Shown here: one piece after another, positions 19,548 to 27,534 of the stretch | Numbering within the stretch: position 1 is the stretch's first letter | How the letters are laid out: each line of letters starts with the position of its first letter | NCBI GenBank assembly: GCA_963749655.1 | Contig: CAVVOB010000030.1 | Span: forward strand, 160,001 to 224,000 | Source: Nitrospirota bacterium | Lineage (GTDB): Bacteria; Nitrospirota; UBA9217 | Reading direction: 5' to 3' | Length of the DNA stretch: 64,000 nucleotides | Notes under the pieces: generated by a model | Seen by the model: the letters and a program-made list of their open reading frames with translations, nothing else | Told to the model about the DNA's origin: nothing | Database searches by the model: none | Position numbers and translations under genes: made by a program

Positions 19548-19696
19548 GGGCTTCGCGGAGTCCTGACCGCTCGCAGGCGTTTATAGCCAAGGTAAAGCAC
19601 AAAGCAACCGCACCTCATATCGAAAACTCCATCAGCTACACTTCCTATTTAATGGGGCTGTTCGAGTCGTCAACGCGAGCACGCGAAAATACGGAC
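19548..19696 (+). ncRNA. Candidate structured non-coding/leader RNA
   Basis: Several compatible stems found by eye (see findings). Lies between a TTGACT-containing promoter-like segment and the RBS of the 19724 gene. Confidence 0.5.
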
Positions 19697-19723
19697 AGCA
19701 AAATTACAATAGGAGGGATAGCC

Positions 19724-20683
19724 ATGTCCAAACAAGCACCTGAAAGCCAACTCGTAGCTGAAGCTAAAGAAAAAGCAAAACATCTTCATTCAATTTTAAA
19801 AAGTCGTATACCTGACATCAAACTCGGAGAATGTCTCAATTTTTATGCGAGACTGAATGGTGCGAAGGACTGGAATATATTGAGCGCCAAATTGAGGCGG
19901 GAAAACCTTTTGCGAAACAACCGATTTGGAAATCCGGAAAAGATTTCATCAAACATCGTTAAACTAGAACTTATGGGAGGAGATCGGGAAAACAGTATTA
20001 ATTTAAGTGATCTGGAGCATATCCACTTAGAAATAAAAAATATGAACGTTCACGTCGTCCCGTCAGGCTCGAATTACGTTTCCGAATATCAAGTAGATAT
20101 TTGTATGCGTTATGACGAAGGGGAAAAGGTGAGAATAGGATATGCAACTGCCTTCATTGTAAGGCTTGGGCACGCGATAGATGCTGGGGAAAATATCGTT
20201 GAAGTTCTAGATGCTCATAGTTCCACTCTCGAGAGCCTATATTCGGTATTTATAGACGATGAGGGCATTATGCATGATCTTAATGAGGGCATAGGGCAAG
20301 ATGTAATGCTTCTTCATGAGTTGTATCTGGAAAAAGGGATGAGAGGATATGGACTTGGTAAAATGATAACAGTAGGAATCATTAATGAGCTCATGCAAGG
20401 TGGTATTGTTGTATTAGAACCGTCTCCGTTTGTTGAAGATGCTAATGGGGGAAAAATGACTGAGACAGAAATAGAAGTTGGCGAGAAAAAGCTTAGATCT
20501 TATTTTATGACATTAGGTTTTGACGAACTAGAAGAAGGATCTGATCACTTGTTTTTTTCTATGGCTTCGGTTCTGCCTAAATCGGATAGTCTGTTTAAGG
20601 AGGTCGAAATGAATATTAAGAATAAACTAAAATCGAATACAACTTTGGTTGATTTCCCTCTTATGCCTGAAGATATATCGTAG
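19724..20683 (+). CDS. N-terminal Glyoxalase_8-like helical domain fused to a GNAT-fold acetyltransferase
   Basis: RBS AGGAGG. AKEKAKHLHSIL...LGECLNFYARLNGAKDWNILSA N-terminus. LHELYLEKGMRGYGLG acetyl-CoA motif and KLRSYFMTLGF. Confidence 0.65.
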   Translation: MSKQAPESQLVAEAKEKAKHLHSILKSRIPDIKLGECLNFYARLNGAKDWNILSAKLRRENLLRNNRFGNPEKISSNIVKLELMGGDRENSINLSDLEHIHLEIKNMNVHVVPSGSNYVSEYQVDICMRYDEGEKVRIGYATAFIVRLGHAIDAGENIVEVLDAHSSTLESLYSVFIDDEGIMHDLNEGIGQDVMLLHELYLEKGMRGYGLGKMITVGIINELMQGGIVVLEPSPFVEDANGGKMTETEIEVGEKKLRSYFMTLGFDELEEGSDHLFFSMASVLPKSDSLFKEVEMNIKNKLKSNTTLVDFPLMPEDIS

Positions 20684-20767
20684 TGGCTGGAAGCAACAGG
20701 GCAGATATATGTGGTGCTTAAAGATGAAGAAGGCTGGAGAGAAATAACAAAGGAAGGGAACCCCTAG

Positions 20768-21649
20768 ATGGAAGCAAAAGACAAATTGGAGCTTGCGGAA
20801 AAAATACTTGGAATCGCCACAAAATTGTGTGTTTTTGTCGGATCCATCGTTTTACTTTCATACTGTTGGTCGATAAAATATTTTCCCAAAGACATAAGCG
20901 TAGGGGATGGCCTGCTATTCATTTTTGTCGCTGTCGGATTCGGAGCGGTTTATTTAATTTTCGCCATAAGCATTACCAGCTTTGGAATATTACTTCGCCC
21001 CGTATGGCATCTTTTCCAGAAAATTGGCATCTGGATCGGCCGAATATTTTGCAAGGTTCAGAGAAAGACGTTCACGTACTCTCCATTTGAAATGAGGCCA
21101 GGGGGTATTGAATATTTTGCACTCGCCTTATTTGGCTTATTAATTGTTATCGATCTTTCTATAAAAAACGTATACTCACTTCCACCCCTTCTTTTGGCAT
21201 CATTTGGATGCGCATTGCTTTGGAACAGCAGTCAGAGTAACGATAGGATAATAGATGAGCTTTCTCGCATCTCGTCTCCGTCAGAGGAAGAAAAAAATAA
21301 ACTTCAAAAACTACGAAAGACACAGCCGTATCTTCCTATCTTTGTTGTGGCTATTGCATTAATGGTTGGCGGAGTGTACGGAGATTTAGCGGTGAGGGCG
21401 ATGAAGGTATTGCACATTCGAAAAGATGTTGCGACAGTGCACATAAAAAAACCATATTCAACTTTGGCCAGTGAAAGTGGCGCAAATGGACTGAATAGCA
21501 ATTTTGGTGAAGAGTATCTGCGGTATCCAGATTCCGCGGTCCTTCTCGATGGCTTTGGGTCAAAAGTGGTGGTATCCTTGAAAATGAGTAATGGGAAGAC
21601 TGCGCAAATTTCCATACCATCGGATCATATAATGATCATTGATCGCTAA
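20768..21649 (+). CDS. Multi-pass membrane hypothetical protein
   Basis: 293-aa ORF with RBS, about 5 hydrophobic segments, low GC. Confidence 0.7.
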   Translation: MEAKDKLELAEKILGIATKLCVFVGSIVLLSYCWSIKYFPKDISVGDGLLFIFVAVGFGAVYLIFAISITSFGILLRPVWHLFQKIGIWIGRIFCKVQRKTFTYSPFEMRPGGIEYFALALFGLLIVIDLSIKNVYSLPPLLLASFGCALLWNSSQSNDRIIDELSRISSPSEEEKNKLQKLRKTQPYLPIFVVAIALMVGGVYGDLAVRAMKVLHIRKDVATVHIKKPYSTLASESGANGLNSNFGEEYLRYPDSAVLLDGFGSKVVVSLKMSNGKTAQISIPSDHIMIIDR

Positions 21650-21661
21650 TCGGGTAGTTCA

Positions 21662-21937
21662 TAGGTCGAGTAGGGAAACCCGACACAACTTAACAGGCTT
21701 AAGGCTTTCGCTGACGAAAACAAAGATCAAAGACGAACAGAGGTCATTATGAGAATAAAGCTCACCAAAGCGCAACAGATCCGGGTGCTCAACTCAGTCG
21801 ACGTTTACGAGGTCATGCAACGCATTCTGCTTCGCGAGAACAAAATCGATCTCAGCAAGGAACACTTCTGGGTCGTCTGCCTGTCGCAGGCCAACAAGAT
21901 AGTCGGTAGATCGGGTAGAGCAACGCGAAACCCGGCA
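21662..21937 (+). repeat. Two REP-like hairpins (21662-21685 and 21906-21937) flanking the radC fragment
   Basis: TAGGTCGAGTAGGGAAACCCGACA and GTAGATCGGGTAGAGCAACGCGAAACCCGGCA. Confidence 0.55.
21749..21905 (+). pseudogene. radC: Truncated RadC/JAB family gene (N-terminal ~51 aa only)
   Basis: VLNSVDVYEVMQRILLRENKIDLSKEHFWVVCLSQANKI. Similarity stops at the REP-like element, before the HNHPSG motif. Confidence 0.75.
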
Positions 21938-22067
21938 TGTTTCTGTATGTTATAATCGAGCGGCATTATGAGCCTCTTTACAGGGGCTTTTGGATATGGT
22001 ATGTTTTCACAGCACGCAGCACGGCGGTTGCAGTTGCAATGTCCGCTCAGAAGTCTCAGGAGGGAAA

Positions 22068-22253
22068 ATGGGAACTGCTGTAAAAAAAATAGATCCCGAG
22101 GATTTCATTCTTTCGGCGCTACCGGCAAACGAACGGCTTGAGGCGGCCATGAAGATCGCAGGGGAGGTGTTCAAGAAAACAGCTCTCACGCTTCGCGACG
22201 TTGAAGCAGCGGTAAAAACCGTCCGGAGGAAGGCGTACGCGAAGAAAAAGTAA
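22068..22253 (+). CDS. Small putative antitoxin upstream of the PIN toxin
   Basis: RBS GGAGGG. 61 aa ending VEAAVKTVRRKAYAKKK and overlapping the PIN gene. Confidence 0.7.
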   Translation: MGTAVKKIDPEDFILSALPANERLEAAMKIAGEVFKKTALTLRDVEAAVKTVRRKAYAKKK

Positions 22254-22656
22254 GGTCGTAATCGATACCGGCGTTCTTGTTTCGGCCTTTGCATTCGGCG
22301 GCGTTCCGGCGCGGGCGGTAAGAAAAGCTTTCGCGGAAGCGCTCCTGTATGTTTCCCCGGAACTCCTGCGCGAATACCGGGATGTCCCGCATGAGCTCTT
22401 TACCGCCGGCAAAATCAATGCCGGGCAGTTCGAAATCCTCATCGCTGGAATCGCCACAGTCGTCTCCGCCGCAACAGTCGTAATACCCCGCAAAAAACTT
22501 AAAATCAGCAGGGACCCGGAAGACAATATGGTCCTTGAGTGCTGCCTGGCCGCGCGCGCCGATTGCGTCATAAGCGGCGATAAGGATTTGCTCACTATTG
22601 CGGCGCTTCCCTTTCCGCTCGCGATCATGACCCCGGCTGATTTTCTTGCAAACTGA
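22237..22656 (+). CDS. PIN family putative toxin (139 aa, ACG at the start position; absent from the ORF track)
   Basis: Open frame KVVIDTGVLVSA...SRDPEDNMVLECC..ARADCVISGDKDLL...IMTPADFL*. Confidence 0.85.
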   Translation, partial: TRRKSKVVIDTGVLVSAFAFGGVPARAVRKAFAEALLYVSPELLREYRDVPHELFTAGKINAGQFEILIAGIATVVSAATVVIPRKKLKISRDPEDNMVLECCLAARADCVISGDKDLLTIAALPFPLAIMTPADFLAN

Positions 22657-22839
22657 CAACAACATCCTATGTAGTGTCGGCCGCACAACTTCTGGGGCCA
22701 GGTCCATCTCAGCGCTGTTCGGAGACGAAAACGGATCTTTAGCGTCGCGTCTTTCTCCGTGCCTAAACAAAGGTAGCTACGGAAATCCACCTGTGGTATT
22801 TTAAACATGCAAAAGTGATTGAGCAGGTATAAATAAGGA

Positions 22840-23187
22840 ATGAAGAAAAGAATTCGAAAGAAGAATCATCTTGGCGAGTTCACTGAATGGGGACGGCAAC
22901 TTGTGATTACTCGAAATCGCAAGGACGGTTTCGACGAATTTCTTGACGCTTTCATTGATAGTATCGAAGCGAACGGCTGCTATTGCGGCGGAGCGGGCAA
23001 GGAAGACACTTTCGACGTGATCGTCGAGCTTGGTCTCTTGTCCGATGATCGCGATGGGAGAATGAAAAGCATCATCGCATGGCTGGAGGGCCGTTCTGAT
23101 GTGCAATCGTGGAAAGTTGGCGACGAGTTCGACCTTTGGCACGGAAACTTCGAAGAAACGGAGACGAGGCCTGAACCGATAAAATAG
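22840..23187 (+). CDS. yggL: YggL/DUF469 family 50S-binding protein
   Basis: MKKRIRKKNHLGEFTEWG...FLDAFI..IEANG..CGG...WLEGR...DLWH. Confidence 0.8.
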   Translation: MKKRIRKKNHLGEFTEWGRQLVITRNRKDGFDEFLDAFIDSIEANGCYCGGAGKEDTFDVIVELGLLSDDRDGRMKSIIAWLEGRSDVQSWKVGDEFDLWHGNFEETETRPEPIK

Positions 23188-23209
23188 CAGGATTGATGTG
23201 TGCGATAAC

Positions 23210-23911
23210 ATGACGGAAAAAGAACCTCTCATCCCGAAGCACGGCGGGTACCGCAATCTGAAGAGCTTCCAGCTTGCGCAGCTCGTCTATGACGTGACGG
23301 TCCGGTTTTGCGATCTTTACATCAACAAGCGCAGCCGCACCCACGATCAGATGGTGCAGGCGGCCAGGAGCGGGGTGCAGAATATCGCCGAGGGCAGCCA
23401 GGCGTCGGCTACCTCCAAGAAAACCGAACTCAAGCTGACCAACGTGGCCCGGGCAAGCCTGGAGGAACTGCGACTCGACTACGAGGATTTTCTGCGGCAG
23501 CGCGAGCTGCCCATGTGGGAGCCGGACCATCCGGCTCTCAAGCGCTTTAAGGCGAAGCGTTGTTCCTCTCTGCAGGATGTGCGGACATGGGTGGAGGAGG
23601 AGAAAAGGGCGCAGACAGGAAAGAGCACACGGACGGACAAAAGCACACGGACAAACAGGGACGGACAAGGACTTACACAGAGCAGAACACGGAACAAACA
23701 GTCCGTGCCTGTCAGTGCTGGTCCTTGTCGGTCCGTGTCCGATTCTACGCTCGTGGCGAATGCCGCTCTTTCGCTCTTGAACCTGTGCTGTTTCTTGCTC
23801 GATCGCCAGCTTGCTGCCCAGGCAAAGGCTTTCGAAACTGAGGGCGGTTTTACGGAGAGATTGTTCCGGGTACGGAGCGCTAAAAGGAAAGGAAGTCCTT
23901 ACCCTTCTTAA
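23210..23911 (+). CDS. Four-helix-bundle suffix domain protein with internal palindromic insert
   Basis: GGYRNLKSFQ, RTHDQMVQAARSGVQNIAEGS, ARASLEELRLDYEDFL, FETEGGFTERL. Confidence 0.88.
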   Translation: MTEKEPLIPKHGGYRNLKSFQLAQLVYDVTVRFCDLYINKRSRTHDQMVQAARSGVQNIAEGSQASATSKKTELKLTNVARASLEELRLDYEDFLRQRELPMWEPDHPALKRFKAKRCSSLQDVRTWVEEEKRAQTGKSTRTDKSTRTNRDGQGLTQSRTRNKQSVPVSAGPCRSVSDSTLVANAALSLLNLCCFLLDRQLAAQAKAFETEGGFTERLFRVRSAKRKGSPYPS

Positions 23912-24027
23912 AGACCGAAAACGACGGAAATAGAAAAGGCGGGAAACGAAACGTTTCACGCCTTTTTGGTTGTCCTCGTAGCGACAGCCTGCTGCTGGTT
24001 CAATCATGCTGATTGAACCGAATAATT

Positions 24028-24077
24028 AACTATCGGAATGTGCTCAAGGCGACTTATCGGTGGAAGAGCCAGTAGGA
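24028..24077 (+). repeat. Copy 2 of the 50-bp direct repeat (orphan R-M gene 3' end, NYRNVLKATYRWKSQ*)
   Basis: 43/50 nt identical to 17368-17417. Confidence 0.85.
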
Positions 24078-24184
24078 AGGAAGCAGCTGACGGTAACAAG
24101 GCAAATATTGCGAATTGCAGATGACTTGATTATGGAATCAGAGCTCAGGTTGAATGTATCCGCTTATCACCGGGAGGCGCTGTT

Positions 24185-24406
24185 ATGACGAAAACCGCCG
24201 AGAAACTAGCCAAGGAGATCCATTCCTTATCGGACATAGAAAAACTTCAGATTGTGGACTCGATCCTCACTGATCTTGACAAGCCGGACCCGGCGATAGA
24301 CCGCATCTGGGCGGAAGAAGCCCGAAAACGATGGGCCGCCTACAAGGAAGGCCGTATTCTCACCGTATCCTATCAGGAAGTCATGGATAAGCATCGCCGC
24401 TCATGA
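24185..24406 (+). CDS. Addiction module antitoxin component
   Basis: LSDIEKLQIVDSIL..LD......WAEEARKR...YKEG pattern. Confidence 0.85.
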   Translation: MTKTAEKLAKEIHSLSDIEKLQIVDSILTDLDKPDPAIDRIWAEEARKRWAAYKEGRILTVSYQEVMDKHRRS

Positions 24407-24480
24407 ATGTCCGCTTTCTCGCCCCGGCCCGACAGGAGCTTGACGATGGGAAAAGAGTTCCTTGATGAATTGGACCGGCA
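24403..24480 (+). pseudogene. RelE/ParE toxin remnant
   Basis: MNVRFLAPARQELDD, then out-of-frame GKEFLDELDR. Internal deletion, and the remainder of the gene is missing. Confidence 0.7.
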
Positions 24481-24554
24481 GCTTGAGGTCCAGGCAAAGG
24501 CCTTATCCCTCGACGCCGGCGACTATCATCTGCCGGCGCGCGTTACAGGTGCGA

Positions 24555-24911
24555 TCATCGCCGTTTTGCATCCATCAGCGTCAGGATCTCCGCGAAGCGA
24601 TAGGGCTTGAACAGGAAGTCATCCGCTCCGGCAGCGAGGAATTCCTCCTTCTTGTCGGCCGAGCTCACCCCGATAATTACCGAAGCGGGAAACCGGGTGC
24701 GCAGGCGCTTTGTTGCATCAACGCCGTTCATGTTCGGCATGTTGAAGTCGGTAATAATGACATGAAAATCGCCTTCCGCCGCGGCTTCCAGGGCCGCGGC
24801 CCCGTCATCGCATCCGCGCACGTTGAATCCGCTGGTTTCCAGCAATTGGCATAACAGCTCCCTGACAGGCGTCGTATCTTCGATTACAAGGATGTTCCTC
24901 CTGCCCTCCAT
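24555..24911 (-). CDS. Single-domain response regulator (CheY-like)
   Basis: ILVIED, IITDFNMPNMNG, AGADDFLFKP. Confidence 0.9.
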   Translation of the reverse strand: MEGRRNILVIEDTTPVRELLCQLLETSGFNVRGCDDGAAALEAAAEGDFHVIITDFNMPNMNGVDATKRLRTRFPASVIIGVSSADKKEEFLAAGADDFLFKPYRFAEILTLMDAKRR

Positions 24912-25181
24912 GCTTCACCTCCGAGGCGTGATTTGGCTGCAATTCGCGATAATTTTAACCGGGAGCAGTTCGTGCCGTATCGACGTCCCCCTTGCGTCTC
25001 GAAACCCCGCCGAATGAGGCAAAAAGGGAACGGATCTCAGCCGCCGCGTTGCAAAATGTTTCATTTTGTTTGGCAGCGGCTTCAAGATGAGTTATTATAC
25101 CACTTTAGGTTGTAAATTGTAAATAGAAATTACAACCCGCGGTTGATAGACATTCGCTGTGTTATTTCTTAAAGTAGCGGC

Positions 25182-25535
25182 ATGAAGAACGAAAACAAAC
25201 GGATCGGCCAACTCATCAAAGAGATCAGGATTGCCCGGGGCATGACCCAGATGAAATTATCGGAGTTTATCGGGGTGTCCTATCAACAGGTGCAGAAATA
25301 CGAGAAGGGCAGCGACAACATCAGCGTGGAAAGGCTCAAGCAAATAGCGAAGGCCGTCAACGTGCCGGTAATATTTTTTTTACCCCTTGCGGCTGAGGCC
25401 GTCGCGGAACCGGCGGCTTTCTACGGAAAGACCGCCGACGACGAGGCGCTTCTTCTCCGGTTCTATCGCCGGATAAAGTCCAGGAAAGCCAAGAAAGCGG
25501 TGATCGAACTTCTGAGGACGTTTACCGCCAATTGA
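25182..25535 (+). CDS. XRE family HTH transcriptional regulator
   Basis: RIARGMTQMKLSEFIGVSYQQVQKYEKG. Confidence 0.9.
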   Translation: MKNENKRIGQLIKEIRIARGMTQMKLSEFIGVSYQQVQKYEKGSDNISVERLKQIAKAVNVPVIFFLPLAAEAVAEPAAFYGKTADDEALLLRFYRRIKSRKAKKAVIELLRTFTAN

Positions 25536-25620
25536 GGGCGGTGCCGTGCGCGGGCGAAAGGAAATCCGTCTCACGGCAGTCCTGCAAAGCAGCAAAAAAA
25601 ACCGTAATTGGTCAAATACG

Positions 25621-25652
25621 AAAGGCGGAGCGCCGGTCGCTCCGCCTTTTTT
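25621..25652. terminator. Intrinsic terminator between convergent genes
   Basis: AAAGGCGGAGCG-ccggt-CGCTCCGCCTTTTTT. Confidence 0.8.
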
Positions 25653-25674
25653 GTTGCCCGCTTGTTTTCCGCTG

Positions 25675-26457
25675 CTACGCCAGATCTCCCGCCGCGAAAG
25701 TGAGCTCGTCACGGAAGGTCTTGATCAGATAGACCGCCTTCATGATCTCCCCGTCGTTCACGTTCACCATCGCCGCGGAGAGTCCTGCGCCGGCGAGATA
25801 GGAAAGGTAGGTCGAGGCAACGCCGGATTTCAGATTCTTCGGCAGGCCCGTGGTAACGTTCGATATCCAGACCGCGGTGTTGAGCGGCGGGTCGACCATC
25901 TCGTTCAGTACGACAATGCTCTCATGGGCGTTCAGGAGGTGCTCCTGGCCGTTGCCCTTGCTGATGTGCACCACCGAGGGGTCGGCGAAGATCCGCTCAT
26001 TCGGCACGTCCGCGGCGTTTGCTTTTTCGATAAGCTCCTCGAGGATCATGAGCTTGGCCTCGAGCGTCGAGGGCACCGTACCCTTAAGCGCCCGGAGGAT
26101 AATGTTCGACTTCGATTCCCGGACCAGCGACAGGATCTCGTCGGCATTCTTCTCGTCCGCCGAGAGGTAATTGATGATGGGCGGCTCGGTGCAGAACGGC
26201 ACTGCTTTGCGGAGGGCACTCACGTTCCGCGAATCCAGGCAGAGCGGCAGCCCGCCGCCCTGCTGGACGGCCTCTGCCGCCAGGGGCAGGAGCTCCTCGT
26301 CGACGCTGCCGTCGGTCGAGACCTGCACGTTGATCAGCTCCGCGCCCTTTGCCGCAAGCTCCGCTGCCATGGCTCCGATGGCCTTTTTGTCCTTCTTCTT
26401 GAGAGCGTCCATATAAGCCTTGTTCCGCACACTGAGATTATCCGCGATTACGAGCAT
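25675..26457 (-). CDS. Pterin-binding TIM-barrel protein, AcsE-like methyltetrahydrofolate:corrinoid methyltransferase
   Basis: LPLCLDS, PIINY, IFADP, ISNVT, AAMVN resemble the AcsE/MetH pterin domain. Confidence 0.75.
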   Translation of the reverse strand: MLVIADNLSVRNKAYMDALKKKDKKAIGAMAAELAAKGAELINVQVSTDGSVDEELLPLAAEAVQQGGGLPLCLDSRNVSALRKAVPFCTEPPIINYLSADEKNADEILSLVRESKSNIILRALKGTVPSTLEAKLMILEELIEKANAADVPNERIFADPSVVHISKGNGQEHLLNAHESIVVLNEMVDPPLNTAVWISNVTTGLPKNLKSGVASTYLSYLAGAGLSAAMVNVNDGEIMKAVYLIKTFRDELTFAAGDLA

Positions 26458-26679
26458 ACCTACCTCCTCGGCAACGGTGTATAGTAAAATTTTTTAATAC
26501 AGAAAACGCTGAGAGCATCGTGAGGAAATCAGCGCAGGCGTTTGACCTTTCCTCTTAAACGTTCTGGTGTCGGATCGCATATTCCTGATTTCAGTATACC
26601 ATAAAACCGTAGTCGTACCCCTCGCCGTCGTGCATCGCCCGGGTCTTGACAAATCCGCCGCATCCATTATAGTTACCCC

Positions 26680-27534
26680 ATGAGAACAGAACGGCTGGAC
26701 ATCGGGCACAAGGACATTCTCGGGGCAAGGCTTAGAGGCCTGAACGTCATGCTCTCGGAATATACGTTTGCGAACCTCTATCTATTCCGCAAGAACCACG
26801 ATTACGAGGTCCTATTCGATGACGAGATCTTTATCCGCGGCCGCTCCTACGACGGCCGCACCTACCTCATGCCGACCCGGGACGTCCGGCAGCTGGAACC
26901 TGCATACCTGAAAAACCTGCTGGGCGATGCGGACTTTTTCTTTCCCGTGCCCGAGCCGTGGCTGACGGCATTTCCAGCCGGGATCTTTTCCGCGACCTTT
27001 GCCGAAGGCGACGCGGATTATATCTATACCGTGGAGAAGATGAGCACCCTCAAGGGGCGCAATCTCAGCAAGAAAAGGAACCTGCTGAAGCAGTTCCTCT
27101 CCCTCTACGACCATGATGCCAGACCGCTTACGAACGACCGGCTCGACGACGCGCGCTCTGTTCTGAAGGACTGGCTGGTCACGACGGAGATGAAGGCCGA
27201 GGATACGGACTACGCCCCGTGCCTGGAGGCCCTTGACCGGTATGAGGAGCTTGTCTTGTGCGGCGGCATCTACTATGCGGAGGGAGAGCCGGCCGGGTTC
27301 GTGCTGGGTGAGGAGCTGGACCCTGCGACCTTTGTGCTGCACTTTGCCAAGGCCCGGACGAAATTCAAGGGCGTCTATCAATACCTCTTCAACAACTTCG
27401 CAACAATCCTGCCTCCGAAGTACAAATACCTGAACCTCGAACAGGACCTCAACAAGGAGAACCTGCGCGTCTTCAAAGGGTCCTATTCTCCCGACGCAAT
27501 GCTGAAAAAAGCGCGGGTGAGCGTTGTGCGGTGA
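26680..27534 (+). CDS. DUF2156 / phosphatidylglycerol lysyltransferase C-terminal-like protein
   Basis: SEYTFANLYLF, DYIY, KKRN, HFAKA...KGVYQY, NLEQDL. Confidence 0.8.
   Translation: MRTERLDIGHKDILGARLRGLNVMLSEYTFANLYLFRKNHDYEVLFDDEIFIRGRSYDGRTYLMPTRDVRQLEPAYLKNLLGDADFFFPVPEPWLTAFPAGIFSATFAEGDADYIYTVEKMSTLKGRNLSKKRNLLKQFLSLYDHDARPLTNDRLDDARSVLKDWLVTTEMKAEDTDYAPCLEALDRYEELVLCGGIYYAEGEPAGFVLGEELDPATFVLHFAKARTKFKGVYQYLFNNFATILPPKYKYLNLEQDLNKENLRVFKGSYSPDAMLKKARVSVVR

Noticed and set aside
19620-19670. Permuted tmRNA-like ends (CAGCTACAC ... GGGGCTG)
   Set aside because: The acceptor pairing is imperfect and there is no CCA, T-arm or tag reading frame. Better explained as one arm of the candidate RNA.
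24076-24088. GAAGGAAGCAGC resembling SRP RNA domain IV
   Set aside because: Lacks the preceding CAGGTCC and the long closing helix, and it overlaps the duplicated R-M tail.
25536-25600. Hairpin TGCCGTG/CACGGCA resembling a riboswitch
   Set aside because: Lies between convergent gene ends and lacks c-di-GMP or other recognisable aptamer motifs.
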